Shown: positions 22,451 through 36,111, counted from the first letter of the stretch. The stretch is DNA of 64,000 nt from Octopus bimaculoides (GCF_001194135.2 NC_068982.1:78648639-78712638), one strand, 5' to 3'. The notes: generated from the sequence alone by a model not told the origin. Numbers and translations: made by a program.

Positions 22451-23559
22451 TGAATTATTTTCCTAGTTTATATTTGATAAGAGGTATCTTTCCTGAAATA
22501 TAATAAATGTTTTAACCTGTGTAAGATAATACAATATCTTATCTTTGACTTTATTTATTGGTATCACCCCACATATCTTGCCTAAGTTCTTATCTGTATT
22601 GCTTAATTTATATCATTTACTCATTACAACGCTTCAAGCAAATTACGATACACTTTTAATTATATAAAAAAAGCCACACCAGTGGAGCTGAAACTTTCAA
22701 ACCCAAACTATAATAAGTTAGGATATTAAGAAGCAGCCTGATGATTCACATTTGCCATATATGTTGTGTGTTTTCAATTAGCATGGGAAATATATGATTA
22801 AATTAATTACAAACAGAGGATTTTGTGGTACCATTAATTGAAGACTCAGAATCTAAGACTTTGTGTACCGACTCCTCAGTCTTTTTCTGACACAGAATTT
22901 AGTACATAACAGCTACAATGTAAAGCTCTAAAATTGTCAAACAAATTTTGATAATGGAATGAATTAAGTAGTAGTTTTGTTAATTATGTGTATTTTAACT
23001 GTATTTGCTTTGCTAATAATACAGGCAGTGCAAGATGTGATTAATAATAGTTTGAAATTTTTTCTTGAAACTACAGAAGCAAAGCTACTACAAAACATCA
23101 GTGTAAGTGTAGGAGTAAAAAGGTAAGAGCAGAAAGTGTCAGTAGTTGCTAGCCAGTATTGATAGGCAATTAAGTTTCATTTATAAAATTAATAATATTT
23201 TGTGTTAATAACAAACTTTATTGATTAATGTAATATAGTTACAGCTAGTTTCCGAAAAAAGGGATGAATTTTTACACGTTTGTGCATGTTTCAAAGTTTA
23301 ACTATATTTTATAAGTGACTGAATTAACCTTTTTTTCTTTTTTACCATTTATAAGTTTGAGGCCATGTATTTAATCAGTCACAAGTAAATTTCCAAGAAG
23401 ATCTGTCATGATACCTAGGTGAAGCAACTTCTGCTCACATACACAACACTTAACTTTCAATACTCATGAAACCTAAACCTTATTCATTGGGCTGTTGTTA
23501 TACCTCATTTGAGGAGTTTGATTAAAAAAACCAAGATGCAATCTAATTATTACACTTTT

Positions 23560-24540
23560 AATGGTTTAGTTTGGAGTTAAGGATTATGCCCATGGTTTTG
23601 CACCACGACTGGTGAGACTGATGTGGATAATGCTTCAAGAAAAACATGGCCATAGAGGTATTCCAGAGGGCTGATGTTTTGGAGAAGGACCAGGTAAAAT
23701 AGTGTTGAAATTGGGGTGGAGTGGGCATGATCACAATACAGGTGTGAGAGGAGGAAAGGTGAGTCAGAAGTACTTGAGTTAAAGTGACATGTGATTAGCT
23801 AGCTGTGAGTCAGTAGTTAGATTGTGTTATCAGTCAGGTGGCCTTTGTTTGGGTGTGGTCAAGGATGTGTGTATGTATGGCAGCAACAGCAGCAGCACCA
23901 CCATCTTAGACATGAGGCATGACTTTATATTATAGATCTTATTTGTTGGAAGTTGAACTATATTTTTTAGTGTAAAGAAGAAGGTCAGGTTTTGCTGTGT
24001 TCAAGATGTATGATTACCAAGAGAGATACTTATTGATGTTGAGGTTTAATTTTTGTAGTGACCTTGAGTGTTCTAGTTGCTTGTTCATGTCTAGAGGGAG
24101 TGGAGATACAATGTAGTTTTCTTGATCTGTTTATAGGACTGTCTCGATGCTTATTGTGTTTTTTTTCAATACTGAGAAAAACTCTTGTTATTAGTCTGTT
24201 ATAGAACACTATCAGGGTCTCTGTTCATGGAATCACTGCAGATTTGGAGTGAGTTATTTAGACTGGATGTGGATGATACTTCAGTGTGGAAGATTAAGGA
24301 GGCATGAAGAGTGATGAATATTGTTGGAGGCATGAAGAGTGATGAATATTGTTGGAGGTGACAGCAAGAAAGTTGTTAATGTATAGGAAGAGAAGTGTGG
24401 AGGACAAAACCAAATTATGGGAGTGGGGTGCACCATAATTGACAGCATAATTCACAGAAAGCTCTTTACACAGACCATGATGATGCAGTCTGACAGCAAT
24501 CTTTAAATCCCAGCAACAAAAGACAGACAGAGCCCATGGG
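23560..24540 (-). mobile_element. CR1/L2 (Jockey-group) LINE RT remnant with a 28-bp internal tandem duplication (24298-24353)
   Basis: Minus strand reads TLLFLYINNFLAVTSNNIHH...KKTQ...SFSKTSALWN; GGAGGCATGAAGAGTGATGAATATTGTT occurs twice. Confidence 0.65.
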
Positions 24541-26149
24541 CAGTTTAGTCAAGTGAGTTGTTTCTCAATTTTATTAAGCACTAAGTTTATAATTAGTGGA
24601 TTGAGTAGAATGTTTTTTTTATTCTGGTATTGATTGTCACATAAATTATTGCTTTTTATGAGTTGTTTTATTGTGCTGTTATTTTATTGAAATTGAGACT
24701 AGAACAGTAGTAAAACTCAGTGTAAAGGTTCGTTTGTTTCATAAAATAATATGCTTTATATTTATTTATTGAGTTTGAGTTTTTTCGTTTTGGAAACAGT
24801 AAAATTTCTCTATCGCCTCATTCATATTTGATATTTCGCAGTTTTTATGTCCCTTTTTTGGGACTGTATTTTGCAACTTTATGAAATTAATACAAGTAGT
24901 TGTGTAATAAAATTGTTTTTCATGCTGAGTAGTTATAACCAATTAAAAATAATGGGCTAATTGTTGAGAGTTAGTTTATAGCTTGATGTCCACCATAGTT
25001 TATTTCAGCTGAGAGCTGAATGTTCCAAAAACTGTTCACTGGCAGTTATCTGTGATGAAAAATTTAGTTCTCATCTTCCTATTGTACCTAACCTATAAAT
25101 GGATTCTGTAAGGTCCCAGAAGTTCACTGTTGTAAGTAGTAAAACATGGATAAAAATTGAGAAGTCTTTTGGTGGCTTACTGACTTCAACTCCACCTGTA
25201 AGTTAAGCTTGAAGAATCAAAGAAAGATGTATTGCAGCACCATGCTGCTTTATCCTTGATGCACTATGCTGGTCATTAAACTCTTTACTGAACATCCTTT
25301 AGTGCTTCTTGCTGAAAAATAATTAGGTGCGGTTTCCATTGAAACTAGTAGCCAAAGATTTAAACTTATGACCTACATCACTGTAACCAAGTACTTAAAC
25401 CATAATTGTATTACACATTTCATCAATGTTTCAACTTTAGAGTTTATGTTCTGATGTTTTTACTGCACCTTGGCTGAATTTATTTGAAATTATTTTGTCA
25501 GTGGTAAATTAGATAAACTTCTATATAAGAAAGTGAAATTAACATAATCATAATCATTTTATTTTAATTATATTTGTGTACAAGAGAAATAGTTTATTAG
25601 AATTCACATCAGAAGCATGATTAAATGGTGTTTAATTTAAAACTTAACAAATATTAATTATTTGGTATTCTAAACAAAATGTTCTTAATTTGAGCTTGAG
25701 ATAATAATACTCCATTAGTAAGATATTGACACAATATTAAACTACTTCACTTTTAATGTTTTATTTTGAATTGATTAATTAACAAAATAATAAAAACATT
25801 TCAAATGTTATAATTAAAGTGTCAGGTTAGATCTTGTGGATTATTTGAAAGAATTTAAAAAAAATTAAAAGTCACTGATTTAGCATAATTTTTCAAGGAT
25901 TTAAGTTGATTCCCAATCTAAATTGTATCGGTTGACTAGGTTTAGAATTTTAATTCTCTCAATATTTGCTTTTTATTGCAGTTTTTTTCTACTTAATTAC
26001 CTCTATGACTATCATTTCAATTTTTAATGACATTTTTTCCCCTCACAAATAACATTTGATGTGTTTGGTCTGTAGCTATTTCCTTACATTTCTTGAACTT
26101 CTGACAAATATTTTTATTATGAACTAGGCTAGAAATAATTTAGATTTTA

Positions 26150-27470
26150 GGTGGTTAGTTGGCAGTGATGTCAATGTATCAGACAGAATGCTTTGTGGTA
26201 TTAATCTGACTCTTGAGTTCAAGTATCATTAAGGACAACTTTGGGATCTTTCTCATTGGCTCTCACTTTTCAATTCCTTTAATTTTGTTCCAATTGATTT
26301 CAAATTTGGTGTATTTATGTAGTTTTGTATGCTAATTATGGAAGTGAAATTCATTTTTGCCATAAATTAATAAATAAAAAGTTAATAGCTTTTAAAGTTT
26401 GCAAATTTTGAGTAATTTTAGCCAATGGAAAGCCACAAACATATTGGTACCAGTTTCCATAGAAACAAGCCAAGGTATAGTCTCCTAACTGAAGAAGGGT
26501 GCTACCTGAGCAGTGGGTTTTCAGAGAAGGGTGTTGTGAGACCAAACAAGATTTTCTTTATGCATGCCATGTTGGAATCACAACATAGTAGCAGAATGCA
26601 TATGTTTGTTGGTTCTTCCAGGAACCACAATTTTCAGTGACTTGATGTTTATGATTTCCAACATAGAACAGTGAACCACAATGTTGAGTTTATAAGCTCA
26701 AAAGATGGTGCCCACTTACAAGTGGAAAGCACTTGGGCCTCTGTAAAAGAAGTAATAAACAATGCTGTGGCACCCACCATTCTATGGTTGACTTGTATCT
26801 GTGATTTCATGTGGTGTAAGAAATAGGAAAATTGTAATTTGTTTGACAAACTCCTAGGGTACATTGAAAATTTTTGTTTTTTAATTTTCACAACAAAGTA
26901 TTTATTATTTACATGAACTAAACTACAGTTTGTTTGTTTTTTTCATAATTTAATGGTTATTTTTTATTCTTCTGTAATTTTTGTAATAAAAAAAAAAAAA
27001 TTGAGGGTTTTTTTCCTTTTGATATTGTTTACATGCTTATTTCAACATTCCACAAGACTTTATTCATTAATACTGATTAAACATCTGTTGTTCAATGTTT
27101 TGTCATCATAATGTTGTCATTAAGCACAAAATGCCAGCTTCCAAATCTTGTTTTCCAATTGGGTAAAAATAATAAAACTTCAAAACTCTGTAACATTTTC
27201 CTAAAACGAATAACGTCAGATTCATTGTGAAAAATTACATCAGTGTACTAAATTTGAAAATTCCAAAAAGTGTGCGCCAAATAGAAAAGATCCCAATTTT
27301 TCCTTTTGTCCTTTTAGTGAGGGTCATTAAAAAAAGTATCAGTCCAAGGTGGTGGACTGGTGGAACTGTAAGAATGTCGAATAGGATGCCTTGTAGTATT
27401 TGTTCCAGTTGGTTGCATCTTCAGTTCAAATTCCATCATGGCTTACTCTATCATCAGGTTTAATACCACC
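26150..27470 (+). mobile_element. Nin/Deu-like SINE split by the Merlin insertion (halves ~26150-26242 and ~27295-27470)
   Basis: GAGTTCAAG...GGACAACTTT | TCCTTTTGTCCTTTT..GGGTCATTAAAAAAAGTATCAG rejoins into the motif seen intact at 36180-36245. Confidence 0.65.
26243..27294 (+). mobile_element. Merlin (IS1016/ISXO2-like) DNA transposon, internally deleted
   Basis: TIRs GGGATCTTTCTCATTGGCTCTCACTTTT / rc GGGATCTTTTCTATTTGGCGCACACTTTT; ~26430-26880 encodes RRVLPEQWVF...ETKQDFLYA and FQHRTVNHNVEFISSKDGAHLQVESTW...CDFMWCKK...LFDKLL, matching ISXO2-type DDE motifs. Confidence 0.8.
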
Positions 27471-29112
27471 ACTTGGTTTCTGGGGTGCCTGTTGGGGAAT
27501 ACAGTCTGTTGCATGCATTTGGGTTAAACTTCCTCTCTATCGCCAGTCTCAAATGCCTTAAACAGGTCATGGGCAGTGCCTTCCATCATGACTTAAAGAT
27601 ATATATAAAATAGATAACAAAAAAAACAAACAACAAAAAAAAAGCTTGTTGGAATTTCATACTTAATACAACTGGCCATTATGCTAGCAATGACCATACT
27701 ACCAAAGTAAGATCTAACTTTTTCAAGTGACCTTGTTTTTTTGTTATTGATGCCTTATACTGTCAGTAATATTTAACCTGTTGTTGTATGATAACAAAAT
27801 ATATGTGATGTGATAAAGGCCTTTTCAGAATATTTTAAAACATTTTGTTCATTCTTAGGCTTATCAAGCATAAAATTGAATAAAATATAATGCTTAGAAT
27901 TGAAATAGACACAGATAAACAAGCAGTGAGGAAAATGATCAACTTGGAATGGATGATACAAAATTCAGTATATCAGTGTGTGTGTGTAGGCTCACACACA
28001 CACACACACACATACACATGATCATTTAAAAACATGGTCTTATGATAGAATGAAACTTAGGGCATACCTGAATTCCAGGTAACACAATGCCAGCATTGAA
28101 TTGATTACTATTTCAGATTCATGAAATTCATTTGACTTATTATTCAGAGAAAAATAGTCCATAACTGTCTAAAATATACTTCCAAGTTTACACATTAAAC
28201 AATCTGATAAGATCTCACCTGTAACCACCTCTGATTCTATGGTATAAAACTATCTGCTTTAAAGTGTTAATAATTAAAACCTTTCATCATTTTGTGTTAA
28301 CATTTAGTTATGTTTCTTAAATCAATTTGATAATATAGCAATAACTGAAAAAGTTGTTTTAAATTCCTTGAAGTATTTGATTGCTTTCAAAATTAACTGA
28401 AATGCACAATGTATTTAATTAGAAATCTGGTTATGAAAGAATTATGATAATTTGCATATTAGTGTTAGTTTAATGACTATAAAAAAAGAAATTACCAATA
28501 ATATTCTTGCAATACACAATATCTAGAATATTCATTTAGTAAAATATATTCATATGATTAGCAACAGATTTAAGAAGTATCAAACTGATTGGAGCTTTAG
28601 TTTCACTCATCTTGCTGTGATGCATAGAGACACAGATCATAGCTGCATGATATCTCAAGGGAAGAGTTCTGATCAAAGAACACCGTTATAACCAGCTGAA
28701 AGTTTTTTTGTTAATGATTTTTTTCAACAATTTTGTTGGAGTTTCATGTTTTAAGTATGGAAGCTTATTCTGTGGAAAAAAAAATTCTCAAAATTTGATT
28801 TTTTCTTGTGTTTGTGAAGGTGGGGGGCATTACCTTGTATTTTATATACAAGTTAATGAGAGAGACTAGACAATTTGTCTCTAAATGTTTTAATGCAGAC
28901 TTTATTTCTGCCCTCTTGGGTGTGGATCAAAAGACAGTGTTGTAATTCTATTTTTGTGTTTGGTTTTCTTATAGAAAATGTTTTTCCTACACACACTCAC
29001 ACACAAAATAAAAGAAACTTCCGTAATTTGTTTATGCACGATAAAAAAGAAGCAAAAGAGACTTTGATAATTTCTATACACACAACAAAAGCTTTCATAT
29101 GTATAAACACAT

Positions 29113-29162
<50 letters not shown>

Positions 29163-29289
29163 ACACGCGTGCGCACACACAAATTGAAAGATATAATTTG
29201 TGTGGGCTCTGCATAAGTTTTTCATTTTTTTGTTTGAAAATTTTGAAATTTAATAAAAATAAATTTTGCTGAATGCTACTGCGTCCTAC

Positions 29290-29590
29290 TGCATGGCTGT
29301 GAGATATACGGATGGCTATGTGGTTAAGAAACTTGCTTCCCAACCATTTGGTTTTGGGCTTGACCTGTTGTTGTATACATGCATGTGTGTGTGTCCATCT
29401 CCTTGTCCTGGCATAGTGTTTGTTTCCAGTCTTCTGTAGAAAATATGTCTGTCCATGGGGGAAATTTTACCTTCCCTGGAAACAGGTGAGGTTTGGTGAC
29501 AGGAAGGGCATCCAACTGTAGAATATCTGCCTCAACAAATTCTGTTGGACCCATACAAGCATAAGAAAGTGGATGTTAAAATGATAGTAA
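29290..29590 (+). mobile_element. Family C SINE with RTE-like tail
   Basis: GGCTATGTGGTTAAGAAACTTGCTTCCCAACC...GGAAACAGGTGAGGTTTGGTGACAGGAAGGGCATCC...GAAAGTGGATGTTAAAATGAT. Confidence 0.8.
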
Positions 29591-30051
29591 TTGTGATGAA
29601 ATCAAAAGTGTTGAAATAAGTTAAACAGTGAAAAATGGAGAACTTAAGGAAAAAAAAAAAATGAAATTAAAAAATTTTTTTTTTTACACAGAATTGTAAT
29701 GTTTCATCTTAAAAGCATAAATCCAAAGAAATTGGTGTACAAAAGCCATTAAACAATGTTACAGGTGGTTATATGAAGTGCTTTGATCAGAAGGCACTGT
29801 TTAAAGCTTAAATCAACTTCTTAAAAAAACAAAAGGAGTAAATTGGCTTGGGACAAGACATCTTATGACCAAGGAAAATTGATCATAATTAAGATTCATA
29901 ATTTTTATATTTCCATTTTGGTTTAGGTAATTTATTTTGGAACTAACTTTTAGCTTTCAAGAGTAGTGTTTCACTAAAAATTTTTCCTCAATTTCAAATT
30001 TCACCATTTTCTTCAGAAGTTATGTTTTTAGTTTGTGTAAGATGTTGTTAT

Positions 30052-30274
30052 CCCTTTTTGTTACTATATTCCTGTTGAAAAAAAACTGCTTTTGTTTCTA
30101 TTAATTTTGAAAATATTGATACATTGAATTAAATTACTTTGTCATTATTAAGCTTGATGTTTGGAGCATTAATTAACATGGAATTTTGGAAGAAGGTTTT
30201 AATTTAGATTACTTTAAAACAAGAAGTTTATATCATATAACCAGGGATGGTCTCAGGTGGGTTGATATCAAGAG
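30052..30274. mobile_element. piggyBac-like MITE (decayed)
   Basis: TTAT|CCCTTTTTGTTAC ... GTTGATATCAAGAG|TTAA, consistent with decayed TTAA-CCC...GGG-TTAA ends. Confidence 0.45.
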
Positions 30275-30539
30275 TTAACACTGTACTTTTAAAATCTTTT
30301 AAGCATGATTTCTTGTAATACTCAATGAAGCATTAAGCAGAGATTGTTTCATTTAGATAAGCAAAACTAATATTTAAGCTGAATAATAGAAAGTATTGTC
30401 TAGTTTTAGAGCACTATTTTTTTTAATGTTTTTAGCTTCTGTGGTGATGTTTTTAAAGTGCCTTATAATTAGTTTTAATGGCTGTAATTGGATTCACTAG
30501 TGCCACATTACTTAACAGTAATGATAATAATAATAATCC

Positions 30540-30740
30540 TTCTGTAGACACAAGGCATGACATTTTGAGGGTAGGGGCTAATCTATTACAGTGTTCAACT
30601 GGTACTTATTTTGTCAATCCCAGATGGATGAAAGGCAAAGTCAACCTGAGTAGAATTTGAACTCAGAATGTTAAGACAGATAAAATGCCATTAAGCATTT
30701 TGTCTGGTGTGCTAACAATTCTGTCAGCTCACTGCCTTCT
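30540..30740 (-). mobile_element. Nin/Deu-like SINE
   Basis: CTGGTACTTATTTTGTCAATCCCAGATGGATGAAAGGCAAAGTCAACC...GAATTTGAACTCAG, with (AAT)n flanks. Confidence 0.8.
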
Positions 30741-33129
30741 TAATAATAATAATAATAATAATGTCTGTTAATGCTGTTGAGGAATTCTTGTCAAGATAAA
30801 TATTTAAGATGATGATGATGATGTATGATGATTATTATACCTTGAAGAATTAAAACAGTTGTCAAGTGCATGCAGAAGATATGGCAAGTGAACTTTGTCA
30901 ACTATCTCAATCATTAATCAGGATGCTGAGAAACATAATTTATTAGCAGTAATACTATGTCTGTCCTCTTCCTCTCCCCCCTTTTTTGTTTGAGACTGTT
31001 GTACTTCTGTTGGTTTAATTTACATCATATTACACAAGTATTCAGTTTAATCAACTGATGTTGCCATATTCATATTAAAACTTGTTTCCTCACTTCCTTA
31101 TAGTATTGTGAATTGTCATTGCAAAAAAAAAGAAACAAAAAACCTATTATGTTTTTTGTCTACTTCAACATATTTTTTGTTTTCCTTAATTTATTACACT
31201 ATGTAATTAACACCAGGCACATTGCATTGATTTCTACTATCAAATACTTTATTGATGATCAATTTAAGTTTTCAAGATTAACTAATGGTATTTTTGTGTA
31301 TTCTGATAAAAAACAAAATCAAATGTTTACAGCTTTAGTGAAAATTGATGTTTACAATCAATGTGCTACTGTCCACAATATTTCTACTTCAATTTTATTG
31401 ATTTCTGGACATAGGAGAGGGATTTAGGACAATGGAGTATTTTTTTATTTGTATTTTAAATGTTATTACATTTTGTTAATTGATTTAAATCATATAAACT
31501 CTTAGAAAAATTAAAAGGTATAGATATCAGCTTCTTCTGACAAATTATTTGAAGTGTATTACAAGTGACTCAAAGCAAAGTGGCTTTATTTGTACAAATA
31601 AGTGTTGGTATACTTTGCTTATTAATTCCTTCACAGTTGAGGTTTTCTTTTAGGTAGCATTGAAAATAAGAAATATTTTATTTGTCCAGTCCCTGTATTT
31701 CTGAGGTAAGCAGTGTGTATCCTCCCTTTAATTTTCCTATTTAAGACATTTCTCTCATTTTCTGGTTTTTCATAAACAAAATGTTATTGGTAGCATTCAA
31801 ACAATCATTCATTTTCAGACATTGCACCCCCCCCCCCAAAAAAAGTATTATCTAATTCATATCTAAGTTATTCAACTATTTTAAGGCTTTTAAGGTTATC
31901 AAATATTATTTTGGGGTTGAAAATTAGTTGTGTTGAGAACTACAAAGGCAAAGAATTATTTTTGTGGTATTGGTTAATGTACCTGAAGAATGAGTGCTTG
32001 GTCATCCTAAAGTTGTGTTCACCAACTATTATTTACTAAAAGTTCAAATGTTAGTATTGTAAATATCAATACAGCAACAATCACTTTGTTAATTAAAAAT
32101 ACTGTGACTAATGAAGCTCATTGTATCATTGAAAGGTTTATGAACAATGGATACTTGTTTCAAGCAAAAATATTAGATTATCTAGATTTTTCAAGATTTT
32201 TTTAATTTAATTTCTCATCAAAAGTGAATATTGTCTGTTTTAACTTTTTGCCTTTAATGCCAATTTAACCTATTTCTTCCTCTATGACATAGGTATGAAA
32301 AGTACTCACCTTTTGTTGTATGTTTTCTATTCACTTGATATCATTTTAGAATCTTTGTAGCTGAGTTTGAATCTTCAGTTCAAGACAAATCTTTTTTTAA
32401 AAAAAGTGCAATTTATTCAGACTCATTTCGGCCAGTATGAAAAATTTTACAAGATTCAGTAAACCAGACTACATTTATTATTCAATGCCGCCATAGGTTT
32501 CTCGTTCTTAAACTTGACTATTAAATGATCTTTCAGTAATATTGTCTAAGTTATGATGATTTCATTCGATCTCAGCATCCCCCACCCCTATTTTCTAATC
32601 ATTTTAAGTGTATTCATAGAATACCATTTATAAGCAAGTTGAAGGAAATTTTATCTTTGATAATAATCTTTAGTATAAGAGACTTAATAGATATCCTGAT
32701 TGGCTTGTAGTGTTTTATTGTCCATTGAGGAGTTTGGTTTTAAGTTTTATTGCTAACTTTTAAAATCAAATTTATTGCTATAATGTATGGGATGGTTTGT
32801 GAACTTTATTTCCTTTGATCTGTTTTCTTGTTTTTTAACATAGACTTTTAACATAGGACTGATACAGCCTCTTTAAAAAATTTTGGAGTGAGTTCTCATA
32901 CAACCCACCCAATTGGATACTTATCCATGATGTGTTTCAATGAAAGAGTACTGAAATATTTTGAGCACAATTAGGTGGGTTTTTTTTTTTTTTTCTAGCA
33001 TTTGCATTTTGTATTTTTCTTTGTATCCATTTCTTCTCTATAGTATAGGAGAAGGGTATAGTTTTTGTAAACTTGGATTTGTGCATACTGTTAAAGTATT
33101 TTCCCTTTATCTTTGTTGTTGCCAGTGGT

Positions 33130-33420
33130 TATTGTTTTACGTTCACTATCCATGCTGACATGGGTTGGACATATCTGCTCACCTACACACGAGTGCTCCA
33201 TCTCACTTCTTTCATTTTGCTTGGTTTCTACAACTGGATGTTCTTCTTGACACTAACCACTTCAGTGCACTGGGTGTGTTTTTTGTGCCATCAGTACAAA
33301 AGATATCATTTGTTGATAACATTAAAGAGTCCTCACGTCACAGTTTACAGAGTGTACTAGGTATGTTTTTTTTGTGACACCAGCATTAGAGAGATAGCCA
33401 TGTTCTCACCATGATTAAAG
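33130..33420 (-). mobile_element. RTE-tail repeat (family A), decayed
   Basis: TCCATGCTGACATGGGTTGGAC...TTTCTACAACTGGATGTTCTTC..ACTAACCAC. Confidence 0.7.
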
Positions 33421-33649
33421 GGCTCTCACAACTCTATATGCCTGCATGTTCACACACGTGCACATGTATGTGACGTATTCATGTGATTTCAGGTTCGAAA
33501 TATACTGTGCTATACTTTGATACTTTCTACTCTACCCTTGGGTTGACCCAAGTTTGTAATTTGAGTTGATGTAAATTGTGTGAAAGACCGTTTCTGTCTA
33601 CCCAATTCAGTTGATATAGGATTTCCTGTTCTTGGCTGGCTTGACTTTT

Positions 33650-34000
33650 GACCTGTCACTTGATTTAATAGCACAGTTTGGCCCTTATGTACTTTTAGGT
33701 ATGGCTACTTTGTTGCTAGCTTATGAACTAGATCTTGGGTTTGAGAGGATTAAATAACTTGATGTTATGTGCCCTGCTGCAGTAAGTCCTGATGAATCAT
33801 GTTTTTTTTCCTTCCTTTTTCTTACCAGTTTTGGGGGCCTTGCAAATAAATATACCATGGGTATTACATTTCAGTCCTGTCTTAAGCATGGACACATTGG
33901 ACAGTTGCTAATCTATGTAAGTTGTAGTTGTATATATAGTGATTTCAATGCATTGCTTTACCCAGGGACCTATAATGCTAAGACAGTCCCTACTACTACC
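33650..34000 (-). mobile_element. Possible CR1-like LINE 3' fragment
   Basis: Weak similarity of broken minus-strand frames to the CR1 C-terminus (..CPCLRQD..., ..KLV..). Confidence 0.3.
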
Positions 34001-35149
34001 CCTTCTTGACTCAAATTATAAAGATACAAAACTCTTTTTATTTAATCCTCACTGGTTGTTTATTTTCCGACTGTTCTTATGAAGTTTCTCTTTGGAATTG
34101 GAATAGTCTGGCTTTTTGGTGTCAGGCTTCAGTTTGTTACTCGAATGTATTTATTTGTATGTTCTACTTTGTGTTATGTTTTGCTATTATCATTGATTTT
34201 TACAATCAATTTTTCAAGTTTATTCTATAGGGTGACTGTATCTCTTTGTCTAATTTTGTTGAACTTTTCTATTTCATTGGTTATATTGAACTCTTATATT
34301 ACATTGGTTATATGCAGTTTATTTATAGATTTGCAGTTGTTAATAGAATTTAAAATTTTTTTTCATTTAGTAATATTACTGATAGATTATGATTGCTTGT
34401 TTTGTATTTTGCCTTCTATTTAAAGAGAGTTTTCGTAATAATTTTTGCCTTTTGTATCTGGATTTTTTTGTTCATGTGGTAGAGGTTATATATATTTTTT
34501 TCTTTTCCTGAGCATAGAGTTAGTTGTTGCATTTAATGTGTTAAAATATTTTAGCATTGTTGTATGGTCTGCCAGTTTATTTGAATATCTTTTGTTAACT
34601 AACATATTTTTCTATTAATCTCTTCATATGGTGCTGCTTTTGTAGAGAAGAATCTAAGGGTTCCATTTTTGTAACCAAAATATTTTATTTATTCAAACAT
34701 TTATTAGTTTGTGTTTGTGTGTGTGTACATATTACATATGTATTTTCTAATTGGCGTAATTATATTATCTACTAATGGAGTTATTGGACGATCCAAATCT
34801 TGATAAAGACTTTTTTTTTAATATATTTCTCATGCAGAATACTTCGAATATAGGTTTGCTTGTTTGGAAAATAAAACAAAAACTGTTCCACACACATACA
34901 CCTTATTGCTTTAAACTGCATTAGACATTGTTTTTGTAAAAAATATAAAAGTACTGGTGAATGCTTGAATATCTAAACTTCTAAAAGTATTATCTTTTTG
35001 TAGGATATTATATGTATCCAAAATAGACATTAAAGATAAAATATTTCTTTACCAGCTTCTTACTTGAATTTAAGCTTTTCTGAATTTTATATTTATTCTA
35101 TCTCTGTTAGTTTCGGTAATCCTTTAATTTGATCTTGCATGATTTGTTT

Positions 35150-35375
35150 GTGAAATTTAGTGTCATGACAGAATGCACCCAGTACATTTTGTAAGATGAT
35201 TAATGTTAGGAAGGGCATCCAGCTATAGAAACTATGCTGAAAATGGAGCTTAGAAGTGAGACATAATCCTCCAATCCATCTTTGAGGGTAGTAACTCCAG
35301 ACAGGAATTAAGTTTGAAAATAGCAATTCTTTTGACCTATGCCAGCACAGAAAGCTGATGTAGAAATGATGGTGG
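35150..35375 (+). mobile_element. RTE-tail repeat (family A), decayed
   Basis: GTTAGGAAGGGCATCCAGCTATAGAAAC...CCTATGCCAGCACAGAAAGCTGATGTAGAAATGATG. Confidence 0.7.
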
Positions 35376-36111
35376 TGATAGTGGGAGTGGCTGATAACAA
35401 TTTCAAAATCTGATCAGAAATTAGTTCATACACTAAATTTTTACATTACAATAACATATATTCAAGTGCTCTTTTTGATCAAATAGAGATCGCATAACCA
35501 AAATCTGGTAAAAAGAAAAAACTAAAAAAAGATAGATAAATTGTAAAACATAAATGAATATCTAAAATCTCCTCTCACAATGATCAAAATCAGTTTTTAG
35601 ACATTCTTTCATGTTGTGCACTTACAGTTCTTTTAAGTGTTAGATGTTTTAGTTAAATAATAATGCTATAACACATACACACACATATATACATACATAT
35701 ATGCACACACACATGTACACTCACTTGAATTTTATATTGTCAAGAAGCTGTGTATATTGAAGGCATTTTTCATTTTAATCTATGGAATTATGTTCTTTTG
35801 GTGTTTTGACCTATGATTATTGTACAAACAAAGTCTCATTTATTTTAAGAGTCAAAATTTAAACTTGTGGAAAGAAAGCTAGCTGAACTTTTTACAGCTA
35901 AGCATTATTCTACGTAAGTAGTTGGAATTTGAGAGTGAATTTCAATCATTTTGCCTTAATTTTATGTTTTAGAGAGGTATGAATGTTTTTGATTAATTTC
36001 CATCTATAACAGCCGGTGACTTTGGTTCAGTGTTGCAGATATGAGCAGTATATGATAGCTTATATATTTAACTTGAAATATTTTTTTTTAGATTTAGGAA
36101 GACATTTTCCT

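Noticed and set aside
34006-34650. T-rich hydrophobic ORFs (34006-34230, 34079-34423) resembling membrane proteins
   Set aside because: Compositional artefact of T-rich DNA, perhaps the antisense of a decayed retroelement; the correct frame is riddled with stops and I cannot assign a family
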